From Deinococcales bacterium (GTDB taxonomy: Bacteria > Deinococcota > Deinococci > Deinococcales > JAAFIG01), in assembly GCA_043778225.1 (NCBI GenBank), contig JAYWGM010000080.1, positions 1 through 64,000 of the forward strand: DNA of 64,000 nt, in the 5' to 3' direction. The position numbers were made by a program, and so were the translations under genes. This document shows positions 61,045 to 64,000 of the stretch, piece after piece; within the stretch, counting starts at the first letter, position 1, and each line of letters begins with the position of its first letter. The notes beneath the pieces are model-generated. The model saw nothing but the letters and a program-made list of their open reading frames with translations. It had not been told where the DNA came from and ran no database searches.

Positions 61045-61664
61045 ATGCTGCCAGCAGTTCGACTGATTTGTAAATCGGCACATTTTGCTTCATATGTTCA
61101 CCAAGAAATAGCGTCCTATGGTTTGACCATAAACCCGAATGCCGAATACACCATTTTATTTTGGTCGAAGCCCTGTACGGCACAGCCGTAACTGAACTCG
61201 AGAACTCCGAGATTGACCCAACAAAAACCCTTGTGTTTACCACCAATCCATGCCCCGAATACTGGCAAGATGTGCTTGATTTACCGGTGCAAGGTTTGGT
61301 GGTGAATTCGCTCGACCAAAGCACCTGTATCACCGCCTTAAAAGCCATCTCGAGTGGCGAACTTTTTAAGCGATTGCCACCAGCAAAAGACCTTCATTTG
61401 AACCAGAGTGAACGCGAGGTTCTGAGGCTTGTGGCACGGAGTTTTAGCAATAAGGAAATTCAGGGCATCACTGGACTTGCCGATAAATACGTGCAGAACA
61501 ACGTCGCCAGCCCACTCAGAAAATTACCAGAGGCGTACCCAGAATTGCGTTTCTCGAATCGTGGTTGTCTCATGCACTATTATCGTGTTTTTCTTTATGA
61601 GGTTTGCATTCTTGAAATTTCCAATGAAGAAATTTCAGGCTGCTATACCTATGCTTTTATTTAA
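61045..61664 (+). pseudogene. LuxR-type regulator with a frameshift near 61160
   Basis: GGAG-ATG MLPAVRLIC..YTIL continues as VEALYG..LNQSEREVLRLVARSFSNKEI if one T is removed. Confidence 0.7.
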
Positions 61665-61821
61665 CTTTATTCCAATATCAGGTGATATAACCGGACCTTC
61701 AAATCTAACGATTATCTCACCAACTGGGATTGTCCTATTTGATTTCTACTTTTTGTTTCTACTCAATCTTTTTGCGATCATTCTCGCCTTTTTTCTTTCA
61801 TCACAAAAGCAAAAATCTTAA
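61561..61821 (+). CDS. Small membrane protein, paralog of 62390-62671 (5' end uncertain)
   Basis: FFFMRFAFLKFP..IISP..LLNLFAIILAFFLSSQKQKS. Confidence 0.55.
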   Translation: MVVSCTIIVFFFMRFAFLKFPMKKFQAAIPMLLFNFIPISGDITGPSNLTIISPTGIVLFDFYFLFLLNLFAIILAFFLSSQKQKS

Positions 61822-61953
61822 TCGCCTGATTTTAACCAAGGAAGTGTTAGTCTAAGCTCATGAAAATCCATCTAATTGACCTAAAAAGTAAGCTAGGGAG
61901 AGTTCAGAAATATATTTCTGAATTCTCATTTTTGACCAGTTAAGGAAAAAGTT

Positions 61954-62310
61954 ATGCTTGAGATACTTCTTGTAGGTTGGTTCGGCATACCTAACATTCT
62001 GTTGGGTATACTATATGGGGTGGGGATTGGCTTAATCGTTAGTCGTGTAAAAAAATCTACAATTACAAATACTTTCTTTGCATTCTTGGTGTTCAGTGTA
62101 GCTACCTTTGTACTGACTAATTCTTATCTGAATGCGGCACAATTGTCTTTCTGGGAAGCATTCAATCAAATCACCAAATCTCAATTTGCACGAGATGCAG
62201 TCGCTAGTTTTATGCTTGGACTGGGTACAATCATTGGGTTTTCAGCTTTTATAGGCTATTGGCAAATAAGCCACAAAATTCAACCACAGGACTCGAGCGC
62301 AATTTCTTAG
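61954..62310 (+). CDS. Small membrane protein
   Basis: Three hydrophobic segments; AAGGA RBS; low GC. Confidence 0.7.
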   Translation: MLEILLVGWFGIPNILLGILYGVGIGLIVSRVKKSTITNTFFAFLVFSVATFVLTNSYLNAAQLSFWEAFNQITKSQFARDAVASFMLGLGTIIGFSAFIGYWQISHKIQPQDSSAIS

Positions 62311-62389
62311 AGAAGAGCTTCGCATCTAGACTCTTTCATTCAAGTCCATCTGATTGCAGATTTTGTGTGGCTTTAACCGAGGTCTCGAG

Positions 62390-62671
62390 ATGATAAATTT
62401 TATAATTTTTGGTTTTCCAATACTTTTGTTCATTTGCTTGCGGTTTGTGTTTGCTAAGAAGCCAGAAACCAGAAAAGTCTTCTATCTTTTTTGTATGCTT
62501 CTGCCAGTTTTATCGTTACTTCCGAGTATAGTTATGAAACCTCAAGTCTTACGACCATTGGTATTGCCAGACGGCGAGGTGTTGGTTTCGCCATCCATTA
62601 TGGGCTTATTAAGTCTTGTTGCTATTATCCTCGCCTATTCACTGACCTCACATAAAGTAAAGCAGTCTTAG
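62390..62671 (+). CDS. Small membrane protein
   Basis: FICLRFVFAKKP..LVSP..LLSLVAIILAYSLTSHKVKQS. Confidence 0.7.
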   Translation: MINFIIFGFPILLFICLRFVFAKKPETRKVFYLFCMLLPVLSLLPSIVMKPQVLRPLVLPDGEVLVSPSIMGLLSLVAIILAYSLTSHKVKQS

Positions 62672-62713
62672 TTCAAGAAATCATGGAAAGAGTTTAGATG
62701 TTAAGCTCTTTCC

Positions 62714-62830
62714 ATGAAAATCCATGTGATTGTGCTTGATAGCGTTGGCGTTGGCGCACTGCCTGATGCTTCGGAAATTGTGCTAATGGCTCGAGCCGCA
62801 ATGATAGGTTTTAATGATGGGATGCGTTAG
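62714..62830 (+). pseudogene. Truncated copy of the deoB 5' end
   Basis: [19 protein letters not shown] identical to the DeoB N-terminus, then unrelated sequence and a stop. Confidence 0.85.
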
Positions 62831-62941
62831 AACCTTGGGGCTGTCGCTACTGCCAATCGGCAACCACAAAAACCAAAAAAGATGAGAATATAAACACGAT
62901 TTATACTTGACAGTTACACCAAAGCAGACTACCCTCGAGTC

Positions 62942-63190
62942 ATGACTTTAGAACTCCCCCAGCACCTCGAAGAGTGGATACAAGCCCAAGTACAATCTGG
63001 TAAGTACGCCAACCCTGTCGAAGTGATTCAAAATACCCTCGAGACTGCTTTGCGACAAGCCCAAGCCCAAGCTGCTCTCGAGACAATGCTAGACCGTGGT
63101 TTTGCAGATGTTGGAAGTGGTAAAACACATCGGTTTGAAACACTTGAAGACTTCCGAGCCGCTGTGCAAGCGCGAGTTCAAACAGCATGA
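62942..63190 (+). CDS. ParD-like antitoxin
   Basis: LEEWIQAQVQSGKYANPVEVI..LDRGFAD. Confidence 0.85.
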   Translation: MTLELPQHLEEWIQAQVQSGKYANPVEVIQNTLETALRQAQAQAALETMLDRGFADVGSGKTHRFETLEDFRAAVQARVQTA

Positions 63191-63483
63191 GTCTTGGCTA
63201 CGAATTCTCGAGTGTTGCGCTTGAAGATATTGCCGAGATATTTGTGTATTACACCCGAATTTTGAACGCAGAAATTGCTCAAGCTCGAGTGGATGAAATT
63301 TTTTATCGAGTCAAAGAAATTTGCGATTTTCCGGATTCAGGGCAACTTGTACCTTCGCGGCGCAAGGGTGTAAGGCGAATTATGCAACGCGACTACCTGA
63401 TTTTTTATGTTTTGCGTGAAGCAACCATTTTTGTTTTACGGGTACAGCATGGGCGGCGTGACCTGACGGATTTGGTGTTGTAA
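63187..63483 (+). CDS. RelE/ParE-family toxin
   Basis: FSSVALEDIAEIFVY..FPDSG..YLIFY..VLRVQHGRRD. Confidence 0.88.
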   Translation: MSLGYEFSSVALEDIAEIFVYYTRILNAEIAQARVDEIFYRVKEICDFPDSGQLVPSRRKGVRRIMQRDYLIFYVLREATIFVLRVQHGRRDLTDLVL

Positions 63484-63529
63484 AAAATTGAAGTTTCAAG
63501 ATGTGATTGGAGAGTGTTAAACTCATTCC

Positions 63530-64000
63530 ATGAAAATCCATGTGATTGTGCTTGATAGTGTTGGGGTTGGTGCGTTACCTGATGCTCATGAATTCTCAAG
63601 CAGTTCCAGCCATCCGCGTGGCGATGAGGGTTCGCATACGATTAACCATATTTTGGAACAAACGGGTATTAAATTACCGAATCTCGAGGCGCTGGGCTTA
63701 GGCTGGATTCCAACGGTGCAGGCAACCAAAGTACCAAAGCCAACAGGCAGCTATGGGCGGATGCTCGAGGTCAGTAAGGGCAAAGACACCAGCACAGGGC
63801 ATTGGGAATTTATGGGGATACAACTCGAGCATCCTTTTCAGGTTTTCCCGCAGGGCTTTCCAAAGCCAGTTATGGATATGTTCAGTGCTGCCATCGGGCG
63901 TGGCTGGCTGTGCAATAAGCCTTACAGTGGCACGGATGTCATCCGCGATTATGGGGCGCAACACCTCGAGACTGGCTTCCCGATTTGCTACACCAGTGCT
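63530..64000 (+). CDS. deoB: Phosphopentomutase (partial, runs off the window)
   Basis: Hand translation [53 protein letters not shown]. Confidence 0.95.
   Translation, partial: MKIHVIVLDSVGVGALPDAHEFSSSSSHPRGDEGSHTINHILEQTGIKLPNLEALGLGWIPTVQATKVPKPTGSYGRMLEVSKGKDTSTGHWEFMGIQLEHPFQVFPQGFPKPVMDMFSAAIGRGWLCNKPYSGTDVIRDYGAQHLETGFPICYTSA

Noticed and set aside
61800..63530. Classical integron attC array
   Set aside because: No clear RYYYAAC...GTTRRRY boxes and no intI; the repeats are deoB 5' copies instead

Overview
Chromosomal segment of a bacterium most consistent with Deinococcota. Evidence: many genes have a TANNNT -10 box a few nt before the start codon (leaderless style), mqnA is present, and there is an RDRM-like palindrome before ruvB. 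The palindrome CTCGAG is hugely over-represented. The left end holds a type I-E CRISPR array (44 repeats, runs off the window) and a complete minus-strand cas3-cas8e-cas11-cas7-cas5-cas6e-cas1-cas2 operon headed by a WYL regulator. Immediately upstream lie a TPR/winged-helix regulator and an unannotated 44-aa secreted-type peptide gene. A second TPR-wHTH-BTAD regulator at ~29.7 kb is also paired with an unannotated 34-aa signal-peptide micro-gene. Together these suggest a peptide-receptor (RRNPP-like) signalling system, one copy of which sits at the head of the cas operon; this is my best candidate for an undescribed system. Other notable items: an MJ1316-RtcB fusion with a LAGLIDADG intein; a putative type II R-M module with controller; an ABC-ATPase plus TOPRIM-like defence pair; several decaying TA loci; and small cassettes stacked in front of deoB, each followed by a copy of the deoB promoter/5' end. 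The rest is housekeeping (ilvC, sua5, tRNA-Pro, rpmF, ruvB, argJ, pheA, mqnA, ABC transporters). All family calls are from motif recognition by eye; no searches were run.
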